Shown here piece by piece: positions 1 to 10,423 of a stretch of DNA of 64,000 nt (position 1 is the stretch's first letter; each line of letters opens with the position of its first letter). The position numbers and the translations under genes are program-made. A model generated the notes under the pieces. The model was not told where the DNA came from. It saw only the letters and a list, made by a program, of their open reading frames with translations, and did not search any database. Origin of the DNA: Gammaproteobacteria bacterium (GTDB lineage Bacteria; Pseudomonadota; Gammaproteobacteria; CAJXQU01); NCBI GenBank assembly GCA_965224825.1, contig CBDDAG010000003.1, forward strand, positions 11,297-75,296, read 5' to 3'.

Positions 1-322
1 TATCAAGCATTGTCTTTACACGTTTGTTGTAATCCGAAGGGGTTCCGAGCCCAACTAGTTGGCGCTGAGTCCAGGTTCTACCCCGATGCATAGTTGAATA
101 GATTCCTCTAGTATAAGGAAATTGGCCAGGATAACCTGATTTTTCCAGGTACAGTTCCGTATCCATAATATTGTCAGGAACATATAGCGGCTCCACCTCA
201 ATACCAGACATATTTTTGATCACACGATCATTTTCACCGATCTGTTTGGTGTAATCATCTTTCCATTTCGTTTCAGCAGCATCAATAGGCTGAACATTTA
301 CTTCTTCTAATGGCGTACTCAT
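1..322 (-). CDS. B12-dependent acyl-CoA mutase (methylmalonyl-CoA mutase family) catalytic subunit, N-terminal part; gene runs off the left edge
   Basis: Own translation of the minus strand from ATG at 322: MSTPLEEVNVQPIDAAETKWKDDYTKQIGEND...PGQFPYTRGIYSTMHRGRTWTQRQLVGLGTPSDYNKRVKTMLD. The PxxFPYTRG...RxWTxRQ block is the N-terminal signature of acyl-CoA mutase large subunits. ATGA start/stop overlap with the upstream B12-binding subunit. Absent from the ORF track because it is open at the edge. Substrate specificity is not assignable. Confidence 0.6.
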   Translation of the reverse strand, partial: MSTPLEEVNVQPIDAAETKWKDDYTKQIGENDRVIKNMSGIEVEPLYVPDNIMDTELYLEKSGYPGQFPYTRGIYSTMHRGRTWTQRQLVGLGTPSDYNKRVKTMLD

Positions 323-774
323 AATCTCCTCTCAAACGCTTGTTCTTTCTTTCTTCGAGCACTTGTGGCGAGACGTTGCGCACATTCGACAATGTCTTCA
401 CGTGTGGAGCCGGGGCCAAAAATCCCCCCCAAACCCGCCTCAATGAGCATAGGTCGCTCTTGCTCGGGAATTATTCCCCCTATAAAAACCTCAATTTCAC
501 CTAGTCCTGCTTCTCTCAATGCATTCATTAAGTCTGGGACAATAAGATGGTCTGTTGCCAAAGAGCTGATACCAATCAAATCCACATCTTCCTGCAAAGC
601 AAGCTGCACAACTGAGTCAATCTCCTGCCATGGTGGTGTATAAATCACTTCCATACCAGCATCCCTCAAGTAGGCAGCAACAATGCGACTTCCACGGTCA
701 TGTCCATCAAAACCAATTTTTGTAATAAGTGCTCTAACCGGGGTTTCGGCAACATTGGGGGTAATCTGACTCAT
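319..774 (-). CDS. acyl-CoA mutase small subunit (cobalamin-binding domain)
   Basis: ORF 319..801. ITKIGFDGHDRGSRIVAAYLRDAGMEVIY...DVDLIGISSLATDHL matches the DxHxxG-type B12-binding domain. The ATG at 774 (MSQITPNV) has a GAGGAA Shine-Dalgarno 6 nt upstream and is preferred over the GTG at 801. Confidence 0.8.
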   Translation of the reverse strand: MSQITPNVAETPVRALITKIGFDGHDRGSRIVAAYLRDAGMEVIYTPPWQEIDSVVQLALQEDVDLIGISSLATDHLIVPDLMNALREAGLGEIEVFIGGIIPEQERPMLIEAGLGGIFGPGSTREDIVECAQRLATSARRKKEQAFERRL

Positions 775-1013
775 GAAGTTTTCCTCTGCTCTAATGCTCA
801 CGATCTTTCCTTTTGAAAATTTTGCTCAACAAATTTAAGCATCTACTGGAAAAGTACAAAATCGTTACCAAACAACTGCTTGTTTTTATTTAATCTAATT
901 TACAACCACCTGTCAATAAGCTTTAATGACGGTAGTAGTAATTATTATATAAGAGTCATTCCAAATTTCTGCCAATATTTAGTCAATCTATTTAGCAAAT
1001 AACCATAACTAAT

Positions 1014-1616
1014 ATGCAAAAAAAAAAGATAGCTACCAAATCATCTCCTATAATTAAAAGTTCTTCTAATCGTGCCCAGCCTCTTCTAGATGCAGCAGCT
1101 AAGTTATTTGCCAAAAAGGGATATAACGAAACAACCATGCGTGATATTAGCTCAGAAGTTGGCATGCTCCCAGGCTCGCTATACTATCATTTCAAATCTA
1201 AGCAAGAAATTCTATTGGCAGTGTACGGGCAAGCCGTTAATGATTTAAAAACTAGATTAGAGAGTACAATTGCATCTCAAGAAGATCCTTGGGGAAAACT
1301 TGAACTTGCAACAATGACGCATTTGGAAGCCATTCTTGATCATAATAACTTTGCTCGAGTAATGATTGGGGTTCTACCTGATAAAGCTCCGGAAATTCAA
1401 CATGAGTTAACCACCTTGCGAGATGGCTATGAGACTATTTTCGTTGACATCATAAACAGCCTTCCTCTGAAAAATGATGTTGATAAAAAGCTGCTTCGCC
1501 TCATGATTATGGGAGCGATTAACTCAACTCAAACTTGGTACCATATGGGCGATACTGAACCTAAAGAGATCGGTCGTGAATTTATTCGTTATATAAGAGA
1601 GTCCACAGAAGGATAA
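1014..1616 (+). CDS. TetR/AcrR family transcriptional regulator
   Basis: N-terminal HTH AAAKLFAKKGYNETTMRDISSEVGMLPGSLYYHFKSKQEIL is typical TetR. Divergent from the mutase genes. Confidence 0.85.
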   Translation: MQKKKIATKSSPIIKSSSNRAQPLLDAAAKLFAKKGYNETTMRDISSEVGMLPGSLYYHFKSKQEILLAVYGQAVNDLKTRLESTIASQEDPWGKLELATMTHLEAILDHNNFARVMIGVLPDKAPEIQHELTTLRDGYETIFVDIINSLPLKNDVDKKLLRLMIMGAINSTQTWYHMGDTEPKEIGREFIRYIRESTEG

Positions 1617-2260
1617 GAACAACAAACATATTAATTTTTATTTTAGGGTCTTAGGAATTTAAGCAGTTAAATTGGCTTCGGGGTCTGAAGTCCAGTGGTG
1701 CGGAAACCTACGCTAAGGTTCACGGTGCCATCAAACTTGAACTGAAAGGTGAGTCCATGCGAAAAAACGAAATGCCTTGACGGATGCTGATCACTAAGGG
1801 GAAATTTTAACGAGTTCGGCAGGCAAAAAAAAAGCGATCACCATCGTGTTGTTACGCACCCAAACAATAATAGCCCATTTATTAAATCTCTGAGGGTGAT
1901 ATTCCCCATCAATATCCCGTCAGTTTGCTGCGGAATTGTTTGTTTTAGATACAGTTCAACACTACCATACCCAGTAAACATCTTCTGGAACTATGAAGAT
2001 TTCAGACAAAAGATCACAGACACCATGATTTTTTATCGATCCAACCCGTGATTTCTTTTATAACCACGGGTAATAATAATTCCATTAAAAACTCACGATA
2101 AAGTCTAAACTTGTCAGTTTCTACCAAGCAAAAAAATATATTCAGCTGCCGGACTTTTGCCGTTTTGAGTCCTGCACAGTTATGCAAAGTACTGCATTCC
2201 TGACTACACATAAAAAATATTAATACTTATTTTTCAATAAGATAGTTGTCAGAAAGCTAT

Positions 2261-2305
2261 CTTCGAACCAGGTGGTCGGAGGTTCGAATCCTTCAGGGCG
2301 CGCCA
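2261..2305 (+). other. orphan 3' half of a tRNA-Arg(UCG) gene (anticodon loop to CCA); no 5' half present
   Basis: Anticodon loop CTTCGAA (anticodon TCG, 2263-2265). 3' anticodon stem CCAGG, variable loop TGGTC. T arm GGAGG-TTCGAAT-CCTTC (2278-2294). Acceptor 3' strand AGGGCGC, discriminator G, CCA (2303-2305). Closely resembles the 3' ends of E. coli tRNA-Arg genes (..GGTCGGAGGTTCGAATCC.., ..GGGCGCGCCA). The expected 5' anticodon-stem strand CCTGG and acceptor strand GCGCCCT are absent upstream. Confidence 0.6.
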
Positions 2306-2386
2306 TTTTTATTCTACATTTCAATGAGTTAAAAAAATCATTTTTTTACGCACAAGCTAATGTCGAAGTTTTGCCGGTTATCCATT

Positions 2387-5300
2387 CTAATACTCAACAA
2401 AAACATGATCTTCACCCAGTTTTTCGATCAATTGATCAAGTAATCGATCAGGTAATTGCACCCGCCAGTCTCGACCAAGAACCATGCGACTGCTTGCCTC
2501 TCCTTGTAGAAAGTCTAGCATGACCCGACAAGAACCATTTTTATAAGGAGTCAAAATTTCCTGTAGTTCTGGAATAAAACCATTCATCTGACCACCCGGA
2601 AGTTTTGACGGATCGATCTTGATTACCAGTTGTCGGGCATAGCTTGCGCGAGATTTTTCAATATCAGCGATCTGTTCGGCGATCACAGAAAAACCATCGC
2701 TGAAATTATCTTCTTTACACTCACCTTCTACGACGATAATACGATCTTTGTTCAGATATTCGCCGTATTCTTCCAGTACTTCGGTATAAACAACCACATC
2801 GACCCGTCCGGTTTTATCATCCAGTGTCGCAACCGCCATTCTGCCGCGGCGGGTGTTGATCATGCGAATGGCAATGATCTGTCCAGCAACCCTTCTCGGG
2901 CCAATTTTCAGGCTGCTGAGCCGATTACTGATCATGCTTTTCAGTTCTTCTTCGTAGCGATCGATCGGATGGCCGGATAAATATAACCCTAGCGTGGCTT
3001 TTTCTCCGGCTAAAACTTCTTCTTTCGACCAATCTTTTACAATAATAAATGAGCTACTTACTTCATTTTCTTCAGAAACTTCCTGTAAACCAAACATGTC
3101 ATTCTGACCAGCCGATCGGTTTTTAGAATGCTGATCCGCCATCTTCAATGCGCTGTCCAACGATGACATTAATGAACTTCGTCCTGGCCCAAGTTCGTCC
3201 AGTGCTCCGGTGCGGATCAATGCTTCCAGCACACGACGATTGACCTTGCGTGTATCCATTCGTTTGCACAGATCAAACAGATCAATAAAACGGCCGTTCT
3301 GCTCACGTTCCAGAGAAAGTTCATCAATGGCAGATTCACCAACACCTTTGATCGCACCTAATCCATAGCAAATAGTTTTCTCATTCTGCACGGTAAACTT
3401 GGACTGGCAAACATTCACATCTGGTGAGATCACATCAACGCCGAGATGTTTGCACTCATCCATCAGCCCAACCACTTTATCGGTATTATCCATATCCGAC
3501 GACAGAACGGCGGCCATAAATGCTGCTGGATGATAGGCTTTTAACCAGGCGGTTTGATAAGCGACCAGCGCATAAGCGGCAGCGTGTGATTTGTTGAATC
3601 CATAGCCAGCAAACTTTTCCATATAATCAAAAATTTCATTGGCTTTTGTTTCATCAATATCTTTTTTACTCGCACCTTCGATAAATAAAACACGCTGCTT
3701 GGCCATTTCTTCAGGTTTCTTTTTACCCATTGCACGACGCAACAGATCCGCGCCGCCCAGTGTAAAGCCAGCACAAACCTGCGCAGCCTGCATAACCTGT
3801 TCCTGATAAACCATGACCCCATAAGTGGGTTTCAGGATAGGTTCGAGCAGCGGATGCATGTATTCAAATCGTTTGCCGTGCTTTCGATCAATAAAGTCCG
3901 GGATCAAATCCATCGGTCCGGGTCGATAAAGAGCCACCAGCGCAATAATGTCTTCAAAGCGATCAGGCTTTGCGCGCTTGAGCATGTCGCGCATACCGCT
4001 GGACTCAAACTGGAAAATCGCCATCGTGTTTGCTTGTGAAAAAACTTGATAGGTTTTAGCATCATCCAACGGCAACGAGGCAATATCGATCAGCGGTTCA
4101 TCATTTGCTGCCCGCTGAATATTGGCATCACGCACCGCCCAGTCAATAATAGTCAGCGTTCTTAATCCGAGAAAATCAAACTTCACCAGACCGATCGATT
4201 CCACATCATTCATATCGAACTGACAAACAACACTGGCGCCACCCGGCTCGCAATAAAGCGGTACAAAATCCGACATCGGTGACGGTGCGATCACAACACC
4301 ACCAGCATGTTTGCCGACATTTCGAACCGTGCCTTCTAGTTTTAAAGCCAGATCGATCAGCGTCTGAACTTCTTCTTCTTGCTCGTATCGTTCACCTAAG
4401 GCTTCTTCTTCCTTCAGCGCCCGCTCCAGCGTAATACCAATTTCAAATGGAATTAATTTTGAGATTTGATCGACAAATGTATAAGGCATCCCCAGCACAC
4501 GCCCGCAATCACGCACCGAAGCTTTCGCCGCCATGCTACCGTATGTAATTATCTGGGAAACGTGATCGCGACCATATTTTCTGGCGACGTAGGCGATGAC
4601 TTCATCGCGTCGATCCATGCAAAAGTCGATATCGAAATCGGGCATGGAAACACGTTCAGGATTTAGGAATCTTTCAAATAGCAGATCATATTGCAGCGGA
4701 TCAAGATCAGTGATCTCTAACGCATAAGCTACCAACGAACCTGCACCAGAACCACGACCTGGCCCAACGGGAATAGCATTCTCTTTGCCCCATTTGATGA
4801 AGTCGGCAACGATCAGAAAGTAGCCAGGAAAGCCCATTTCGTTAATAACGCCCAGCTCACGCTCCAGACGATCATCGAAAACCTTACGTCGTTCAGTGTA
4901 ATCATCCGCTTCAGAATCCAGTAAAACTTCTAAACGTTTATCCAGCCCTTTTCGACATTCCTGCCGGAACCAGTCTTCAAGTGTTGTACCTTCTGGTACA
5001 GGAAAGTTGGGTAGAAAATAATCATCAAAATTGATTTCGATATTACATCGCTGTGCAATTAACCATGTGTTTTCGATCGCTTCCGGAATATCCTTAAATA
5101 ATTCGATCATCTCTTCAGATGAACGGAGATATTGTTGTTTTGTGTAGTTTTTCGGACGACGCGGATCATCCAATGTGCGACCTTCGTTAATGCAAACACG
5201 TGCTTCGTGGATATCAAAAGTTTCGGTATCAATAAATCTGGCAGCATTGGTTGCTACCACAGGAATGTCATTAGCGGAAGCTAAATCGATCGCGTCATCG

Positions 5301-5839
5301 ATCAGATCTTCTTCGCCAGTCTTGCCGATTCTTTGAATTTCAAGATAGAAACGATCAGCAAATACCTCTTTCCATGACTGGCATCTTTCACCGGCATCCT
5401 CAAGATTGCCTGCACTGATCAACTGGCCAACATCACCTTGCGCTGCGCTGGAAAGAATAATCAAACCTTTTGAACGTTCAACTAACCATTCCCATTTCAC
5501 CACAGGAAAACCACTTTCCTGTCCTTCGAGATAGGACTGACTGATCAAATGTGAGAGATTTTTGAAACCTTCGATGTCCTGACACAGTACAATAAAATTA
5601 GAGGTTTCATCGCTATTGTTTTGGTTCTGTAAAACTAGATCAGCACCAATAATAGGTTTGATGCCAGCCGATTGTGCTGTTTTATAAAGCTTGATCGTGG
5701 CGTAAAGATTGTTCTTGTCGGTGATCGCGACCGCAGGCATTCCCAGTTCAGTCAGTTTGCTAATCAGCGGTTTGACACGGATCAGGCCATCGACCACCGA
5801 ATATTCCGTGTGCAGATTAAGGTGAACAAATCGGTTCAT
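2387..5839 (-). CDS. dnaE: DNA polymerase III subunit alpha
   Basis: 1150 aa. N-terminal PHP domain FVHLNLHTEYSVVDG. Length and overall family match, with conserved position after rnhB. Confidence 0.97.
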   Translation of the reverse strand: MNRFVHLNLHTEYSVVDGLIRVKPLISKLTELGMPAVAITDKNNLYATIKLYKTAQSAGIKPIIGADLVLQNQNNSDETSNFIVLCQDIEGFKNLSHLISQSYLEGQESGFPVVKWEWLVERSKGLIILSSAAQGDVGQLISAGNLEDAGERCQSWKEVFADRFYLEIQRIGKTGEEDLIDDAIDLASANDIPVVATNAARFIDTETFDIHEARVCINEGRTLDDPRRPKNYTKQQYLRSSEEMIELFKDIPEAIENTWLIAQRCNIEINFDDYFLPNFPVPEGTTLEDWFRQECRKGLDKRLEVLLDSEADDYTERRKVFDDRLERELGVINEMGFPGYFLIVADFIKWGKENAIPVGPGRGSGAGSLVAYALEITDLDPLQYDLLFERFLNPERVSMPDFDIDFCMDRRDEVIAYVARKYGRDHVSQIITYGSMAAKASVRDCGRVLGMPYTFVDQISKLIPFEIGITLERALKEEEALGERYEQEEEVQTLIDLALKLEGTVRNVGKHAGGVVIAPSPMSDFVPLYCEPGGASVVCQFDMNDVESIGLVKFDFLGLRTLTIIDWAVRDANIQRAANDEPLIDIASLPLDDAKTYQVFSQANTMAIFQFESSGMRDMLKRAKPDRFEDIIALVALYRPGPMDLIPDFIDRKHGKRFEYMHPLLEPILKPTYGVMVYQEQVMQAAQVCAGFTLGGADLLRRAMGKKKPEEMAKQRVLFIEGASKKDIDETKANEIFDYMEKFAGYGFNKSHAAAYALVAYQTAWLKAYHPAAFMAAVLSSDMDNTDKVVGLMDECKHLGVDVISPDVNVCQSKFTVQNEKTICYGLGAIKGVGESAIDELSLEREQNGRFIDLFDLCKRMDTRKVNRRVLEALIRTGALDELGPGRSSLMSSLDSALKMADQHSKNRSAGQNDMFGLQEVSEENEVSSSFIIVKDWSKEEVLAGEKATLGLYLSGHPIDRYEEELKSMISNRLSSLKIGPRRVAGQIIAIRMINTRRGRMAVATLDDKTGRVDVVVYTEVLEEYGEYLNKDRIIVVEGECKEDNFSDGFSVIAEQIADIEKSRASYARQLVIKIDPSKLPGGQMNGFIPELQEILTPYKNGSCRVMLDFLQGEASSRMVLGRDWRVQLPDRLLDQLIEKLGEDHVFVEY

Positions 5840-5840
5840 T

Positions 5841-6413
5841 TTATGAGAGTAATTTCTTCACTGGCGCAAAAGACTTACGATGTTCTGCCAGAACACCATA
5901 TTTTTCAAGCGCCGCAAAATGCTCACGTGTTGGATAGCCTTTATGTCTGGCAAAACCATACTCCGGGAACTGGGCATCGACAACACGCATCTCCCGATCA
6001 CGGGTCACCTTAGCGATAATAGAGGCCGCGCTGATGCACGGGATCAGACCATCGCCTTTGATGATCGCTTCGATGGTGCAACGATGCTCAATATCTGGAC
6101 AGCGGTTGCCATCCACCTGCACATGATCAGGTTTTATCGACAATGCGGCGACCGATCGGCGCATGGCCAACATGGTTGCGTGCAGGATATTGAGCTGATC
6201 AATCTCTTCAACATTAGCGCGAGCAACCGACCAGCAAAGAGCTTGCGCGACGATCAGGTCATAAAGAGTTTCACGTTTTTCTTCTGTGAGCAGTTTTGAA
6301 TCATTCAAACCTGGAAGTTCGTATTCTTCCGGCAAGATCACCGCCGCCGTGACAACCGCGCCAAATAATGGCCCCCGCCCTACTTCATCAACTCCGGCGA
6401 TTAACTTTTGCAT
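5841..6413 (-). CDS. rnhB: ribonuclease HII
   Basis: [21 protein letters not shown] motif. Start chosen at [10 protein letters not shown] (6413) rather than the track's upstream 6455. Overlaps the lpxB 3' end. Confidence 0.9.
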   Translation of the reverse strand: MQKLIAGVDEVGRGPLFGAVVTAAVILPEEYELPGLNDSKLLTEEKRETLYDLIVAQALCWSVARANVEEIDQLNILHATMLAMRRSVAALSIKPDHVQVDGNRCPDIEHRCTIEAIIKGDGLIPCISAASIIAKVTRDREMRVVDAQFPEYGFARHKGYPTREHFAALEKYGVLAEHRKSFAPVKKLLS

Positions 6414-7534
6414 AATTCCAATACTGCTTCGGCCGCCTGTTCGCTGGCATTGCAACGAAGTTGATCGTGGATCTGCTGACTTTTTTGTTCATAACTGGCT
6501 ATTTTTTCGGGATTATCCAACCAGTTAAATAATTCTTTTTTCAGGTTTTCTGCTGTCACCTGATCCTGTAATAATTCTGGCACTAATTTTTCATTCGATA
6601 ATAAATTTGGTAATGAAAAATATTTCAGTTTTACTAAACGCCGCGCTATGGCAAAAGTAATTTTGGATGTGCGATATGCGATCACCATAGGACGTTTTGA
6701 TAACATGATCTCAAGCGCGGCAGTACCAGAAACACTGAGCACAAGATCCGAGGCGGCTATGGCATCAAGGGATTGTTTTTGTATTAACGTGATCAGAAGA
6801 TCAGGCGTAATTCTCTGTAAATGTTCATTGAAATAATCTTCAGCCTTTTGATTCACCATCACACCGAGAAAATGTAGATCAGATCGGTCAGCCGTACACA
6901 ACTTTGCTGTTTCAAGAAAAACATCCACATGATGCTGCCATTCTTTTGTTCGACTGCCCGGCATCAGAGCAATAATCGTTTTGTCCTGTGGCAAGCCAAG
7001 CTTTTCTCTTATGGGTTGTTTAGCAATCTGATCAGGAATTTCATCGGCTTTACTGTGGCCAATAAAACGAGCAGGAATATTATGTTTTTTATAATATTCT
7101 TCTTCGAATGGCAGTATTGCGAGAATTAGATCAGTCGCTTTTGCGATCTTTGGCAAGCGACCTTCACGCCATGCCCAGACTTGCGGGCTGACATACTGGA
7201 TCGTTTTAATACCGAATTCTTTCAGTCTGGTTTCAAGCCCCAGATTGAATTCGGGCGAATCTATACCAATAAAAACATCCGGAGGATTTTCTTTAAAATA
7301 AATGATCAGCTGTGCGCGGATGCCGTGAAGTTCACGGTAATGTTTGAGGATTTCCACCAGACCCATGACGGAGAGTTTTTCGATTGGGAATAAGCTTTTA
7401 CAACCAGCTTCGATCATGCTCGATCCGCCGATGCCGATGAATTCGGCATCTGGATATTTTGCTTTCATTGCGAGGATCAAACCTGCGCCGAGATTATCTC
7501 CAGAGATCTCTCCTGCAACAATACCAATTTTCAT
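6401..7534 (-). CDS. lpxB: lipid-A-disaccharide synthase
   Basis: 377 aa. N-terminus [20 protein letters not shown] is typical LpxB. Conserved lpxA-lpxB-rnhB order. Confidence 0.93.
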   Translation of the reverse strand: MKIGIVAGEISGDNLGAGLILAMKAKYPDAEFIGIGGSSMIEAGCKSLFPIEKLSVMGLVEILKHYRELHGIRAQLIIYFKENPPDVFIGIDSPEFNLGLETRLKEFGIKTIQYVSPQVWAWREGRLPKIAKATDLILAILPFEEEYYKKHNIPARFIGHSKADEIPDQIAKQPIREKLGLPQDKTIIALMPGSRTKEWQHHVDVFLETAKLCTADRSDLHFLGVMVNQKAEDYFNEHLQRITPDLLITLIQKQSLDAIAASDLVLSVSGTAALEIMLSKRPMVIAYRTSKITFAIARRLVKLKYFSLPNLLSNEKLVPELLQDQVTAENLKKELFNWLDNPEKIASYEQKSQQIHDQLRCNASEQAAEAVLELCKS

Positions 7535-7553
7535 TGTGTGATCTTAACGATCA

Positions 7554-8327
7554 CTAGCGAATAATGCCTCTTTCGCTGCTATAAATAAATTTCAGCAAAT
7601 TAGTAATTTCCGGACAATCTTCGACCATATCTTCAAGACGTTTACAGGCTTCGACAAGTGTATGGTTCTTTTTATAGATGACTTTATAAGCCTGTCGTAT
7701 CGACTCGATTGTTGATTTTGAAAAGTCTCTACGTTTCAAACCTTCTTTGTTGATCCCTTTCGGTTGGGCAGGATCCCATGCAGCGACTGTGTACGGCAAA
7801 ATATCTTTCGATGTTCCCGTGGAAAATCTTGTGATGGTGTGCATTCCAATTCTGCAAAATTGATGCACCAATGTGTAGCCGCCAAGAATTGCAAAATCAC
7901 CCACTTCAACATGTCCGGCGAGTGAGGCGTTATTAGCAAAAATCGTGTTGTTCCCGATCACACAATCGTGTGCGACATGAACGTAAGCCATGATCCAGTT
8001 GTCGTCAGCAATACTGGTTACGCCGCCGCCATCTTCTGTTCCACGGTTGAAAGTACAAAACTCACGAATGGTATTACGATCACCAATTTCGAGTCTGGAC
8101 TCACTCTCGCCGTGAAATTTTTTATCCTGAGGATCTTCACCGATCGAGGCAAACTGGTAGATTCTGTTTTCTTTGCCGATTTTTGTTGGCCCGTTTATGA
8201 CGACATGTGGTCCGATCCACGTACCCTCACCGATTTCCACATTCGCACCAATGATGCTTCCTGGACCGATAGTGACATCGTCTGCAATGACGGCATCCTG
8301 AGAAATTATTGCAGCAGGATCAATCAA
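7554..8327 (-). CDS. lpxA: acyl-ACP--UDP-N-acetylglucosamine O-acyltransferase
   Basis: 257 aa with hexapeptide repeats at the N-terminus. Sits downstream of fabZ. Confidence 0.95.
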   Translation of the reverse strand: MIDPAAIISQDAVIADDVTIGPGSIIGANVEIGEGTWIGPHVVINGPTKIGKENRIYQFASIGEDPQDKKFHGESESRLEIGDRNTIREFCTFNRGTEDGGGVTSIADDNWIMAYVHVAHDCVIGNNTIFANNASLAGHVEVGDFAILGGYTLVHQFCRIGMHTITRFSTGTSKDILPYTVAAWDPAQPKGINKEGLKRRDFSKSTIESIRQAYKVIYKKNHTLVEACKRLEDMVEDCPEITNLLKFIYSSERGIIR

Positions 8328-8776
8328 GACTTCATCTCCTGTTTTGCCGTCATTATTTCGGCAGAAGCGACAACTTTCCCATCAACTGAGGCTACAGCAT
8401 CAAAACGATAGATGCCTCTCATTTCACGAGTGAGTTTTACTTCCAGACGCAACTGATCACCTGGCACTACCGGTGCTTTGAATCGAGCTTTATCAATTCC
8501 AACGAGGTAGTAAAGCGTGTTTTTATCCGTTTTTTCATCGAGAGAATAATATGCCAGAACACCTGTAGCTTGCGCCAACGCTTCGATAATTAGCACACCA
8601 GGCATGATCGGCTTATCTGGAAAATGTCCGGTAAAAAATTGTTCGTTATAGGTAACGTTTTTGATCCCAACCAGAGATTCATTCGGTACGCAATCCAGAA
8701 CTCTGTCAATTAACAACATGGGATAACGATGCTGAAGTAAACTCTGGATTTTTATTACATCCATTTCTATCGTCAT
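8324..8776 (-). CDS. fabZ: 3-hydroxyacyl-ACP dehydratase
   Basis: [14 protein letters not shown]...[23 protein letters not shown] is the FabZ signature. Confidence 0.95.
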   Translation of the reverse strand: MTIEMDVIKIQSLLQHRYPMLLIDRVLDCVPNESLVGIKNVTYNEQFFTGHFPDKPIMPGVLIIEALAQATGVLAYYSLDEKTDKNTLYYLVGIDKARFKAPVVPGDQLRLEVKLTREMRGIYRFDAVASVDGKVVASAEIMTAKQEMKS

Positions 8777-8817
8777 AACTCTAAAACCCTTACCTGTTTA
8801 TCGTTAATATATTGTTA

Positions 8818-9813
8818 TTATTTATTATTTTCTTTATCGAGCCTGTGCACCCTGGCAACTGTTCTTCGCCATTCTCTGGCTTCTCTAGCAGACCAGCCAG
8901 ATGAGTATGCTCCAGCCTCTTTTATGGTTTTTGTAACCATACTCATGCCGGTAATTATAACATCATCTGCAATCTCAATATGACCGGCAATTCCAGCACC
9001 ACCGCCCAACATGCAGCGTTTACCAATGGTCGTACTTCCAGCAATTCCACTACAACCAGCCAGTGCGGAATGTTCACCAATGCGAACATTATGTGCAACC
9101 TGAACCTGATTATCCAGTTTCACACCATTTTCAATAATAGTATCTTTGATGGCGCCACGATCGATCGTTGTATTGGCGCCGATCTCAACATCATCACCAA
9201 CTCTGACACTACCGATTTGAGGTATTTTCACCCATGCTGCACCGTCTCGCGCCAGACCAAACCCGTCAGAACCAATAACGGCTCCGGGATGGATCAATGT
9301 TCGTTTGCCGATTGAAACATGGTGGCAGACAGTAACGTTTGCTACCAGGCGAGTATAGTCGCGAATCACAGCACCTTCACCGATGACACAACCGGGGCCA
9401 ATCAAAACATTACCACCGATCACAACATCATTTTCAACCACCGAATTGGCAGAAATATCTGCCGTTGAATCAATTTTTGCACTTTCATGGATGAATGCTG
9501 ATGGATGTACTAATCCTGAAGTTGCTTTTGGGTCATTCAGAAGACCAGCTATTTTTGCATAGGCCAGGTAAGGATCTTTGGTAATGATGGTGGGGACAGG
9601 ACAACCTTCCGCATCTTGTTCTCGGAGAACAACTGCAGAGGCTCGAGTAATTTTTAGAAACTTTCGATAACCGCGATCAAACAGGAAGGCAATCTGGCCT
9701 TCTTGTGCATCATCAAGTGTCGCAACCTGTTCTATGTTGCAATTCGACTTACCTGCATCGAGTCCAGCTATTTCACCGCCAACATGCTTTGCCAGTTCTT
9801 CAAGGGTTGCCAA
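8818..9813 (-). CDS. lpxD: UDP-3-O-acylglucosamine N-acyltransferase
   Basis: 331 aa hexapeptide-repeat protein between skp and fabZ. Apparent TTG start. Confidence 0.92.
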   Translation of the reverse strand: MATLEELAKHVGGEIAGLDAGKSNCNIEQVATLDDAQEGQIAFLFDRGYRKFLKITRASAVVLREQDAEGCPVPTIITKDPYLAYAKIAGLLNDPKATSGLVHPSAFIHESAKIDSTADISANSVVENDVVIGGNVLIGPGCVIGEGAVIRDYTRLVANVTVCHHVSIGKRTLIHPGAVIGSDGFGLARDGAAWVKIPQIGSVRVGDDVEIGANTTIDRGAIKDTIIENGVKLDNQVQVAHNVRIGEHSALAGCSGIAGSTTIGKRCMLGGGAGIAGHIEIADDVIITGMSMVTKTIKEAGAYSSGWSAREAREWRRTVARVHRLDKENNK

Positions 9814-9863
9814 AACAGATCATCCAAAAATCATAGTCCCAAAAAAACGATCAGACTGACTCG

Positions 9864-10382
9864 TTATTTAGCCTTCTTCAATTGCTCGATCACCTTCTTG
9901 GTGATATCTACTTTTGGACTGGCATAAATAACGCCTTCGCCAACGATCAAATCATACTTGCCATCTTTAGCAATCTTTTGGATAGCCTGCACTATCAAAC
10001 GCTGAATCTTGCCAAACTCTTCATTCCGACGAAAGTTCAGGTCATCACGAAACTCATCTTGATCACGTTTTAATTCACGTCGTGCTGAGAGAATTTGTTT
10101 CTGTAACTTTTTAAGTTCAGCCTCACTCATGATCGCGCCATCTTTAGCCAGCTTGTCTTCTTTCACCTTGACAGATTTCTGAGCAGCAACAAGTTTTTTA
10201 TCTCGAGCAGCAAACTCTTTTTCCAGACGTTTTTTTGCCTGTCCAGCCTGTGGAGCAGCTTCTAGAACTTTTACAGCATTAACAACACCGATCTTATAGC
10301 TATCGGCGGCCATTGAAGTTGCTGGCACCATCAAAATGACGGATAAAAGAACGAGTAGTTTAGGTAAAGTTTGTATCTTCAA
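9864..10382 (-). CDS. skp: periplasmic chaperone Skp (OmpH family)
   Basis: Signal peptide, then a Lys/Glu-rich helical body. Position bamA-skp-lpxD. I prefer the TTG at 10382, which has an AGGAG 7 nt upstream, over the track start at 10403. Confidence 0.8.
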   Translation of the reverse strand: MKIQTLPKLLVLLSVILMVPATSMAADSYKIGVVNAVKVLEAAPQAGQAKKRLEKEFAARDKKLVAAQKSVKVKEDKLAKDGAIMSEAELKKLQKQILSARRELKRDQDEFRDDLNFRRNEEFGKIQRLIVQAIQKIAKDGKYDLIVGEGVIYASPKVDITKKVIEQLKKAK

Positions 10383-10423
10383 GATGTGACTCCTGGTTTT
10401 CAATTAAAAAATAAAGGATAAAA

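Noticed and set aside
1670-1800. Possible cobalamin riboswitch next to the B12-dependent mutase genes (ggtgcggaaacc on the plus strand, gcaccactgg on the minus strand).
   Set aside because: Only loose resemblance to the GGTG..AA..CC and GCCACTG boxes. The required P4-type stem complement is absent and no gene lies downstream in either orientation. It cannot be supported without a covariance-model scan.
2014-2211. 65-aa minus-strand ORF in the long non-coding stretch, and the 83-aa plus-strand ORF 2272..2523 that begins inside the tRNA fragment.
   Set aside because: Neither has an SD. The first has an odd Cys/Leu-rich composition. The second reads through a tRNA fragment and antisense into dnaE. 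Both are treated as spurious.
2255-2305. tRNA-like 3' end considered as the end of tmRNA (ssrA) or a selC tRNA-Sec, because of the discriminator G and the formate dehydrogenase in the window.
   Set aside because: No matching 5' acceptor strand (GCGCCCT), no tag-peptide reading frame and no long Sec-type arms within 400 nt upstream. The formate dehydrogenase has Cys, not an in-frame TGA. The anticodon loop reads TCG (Arg).
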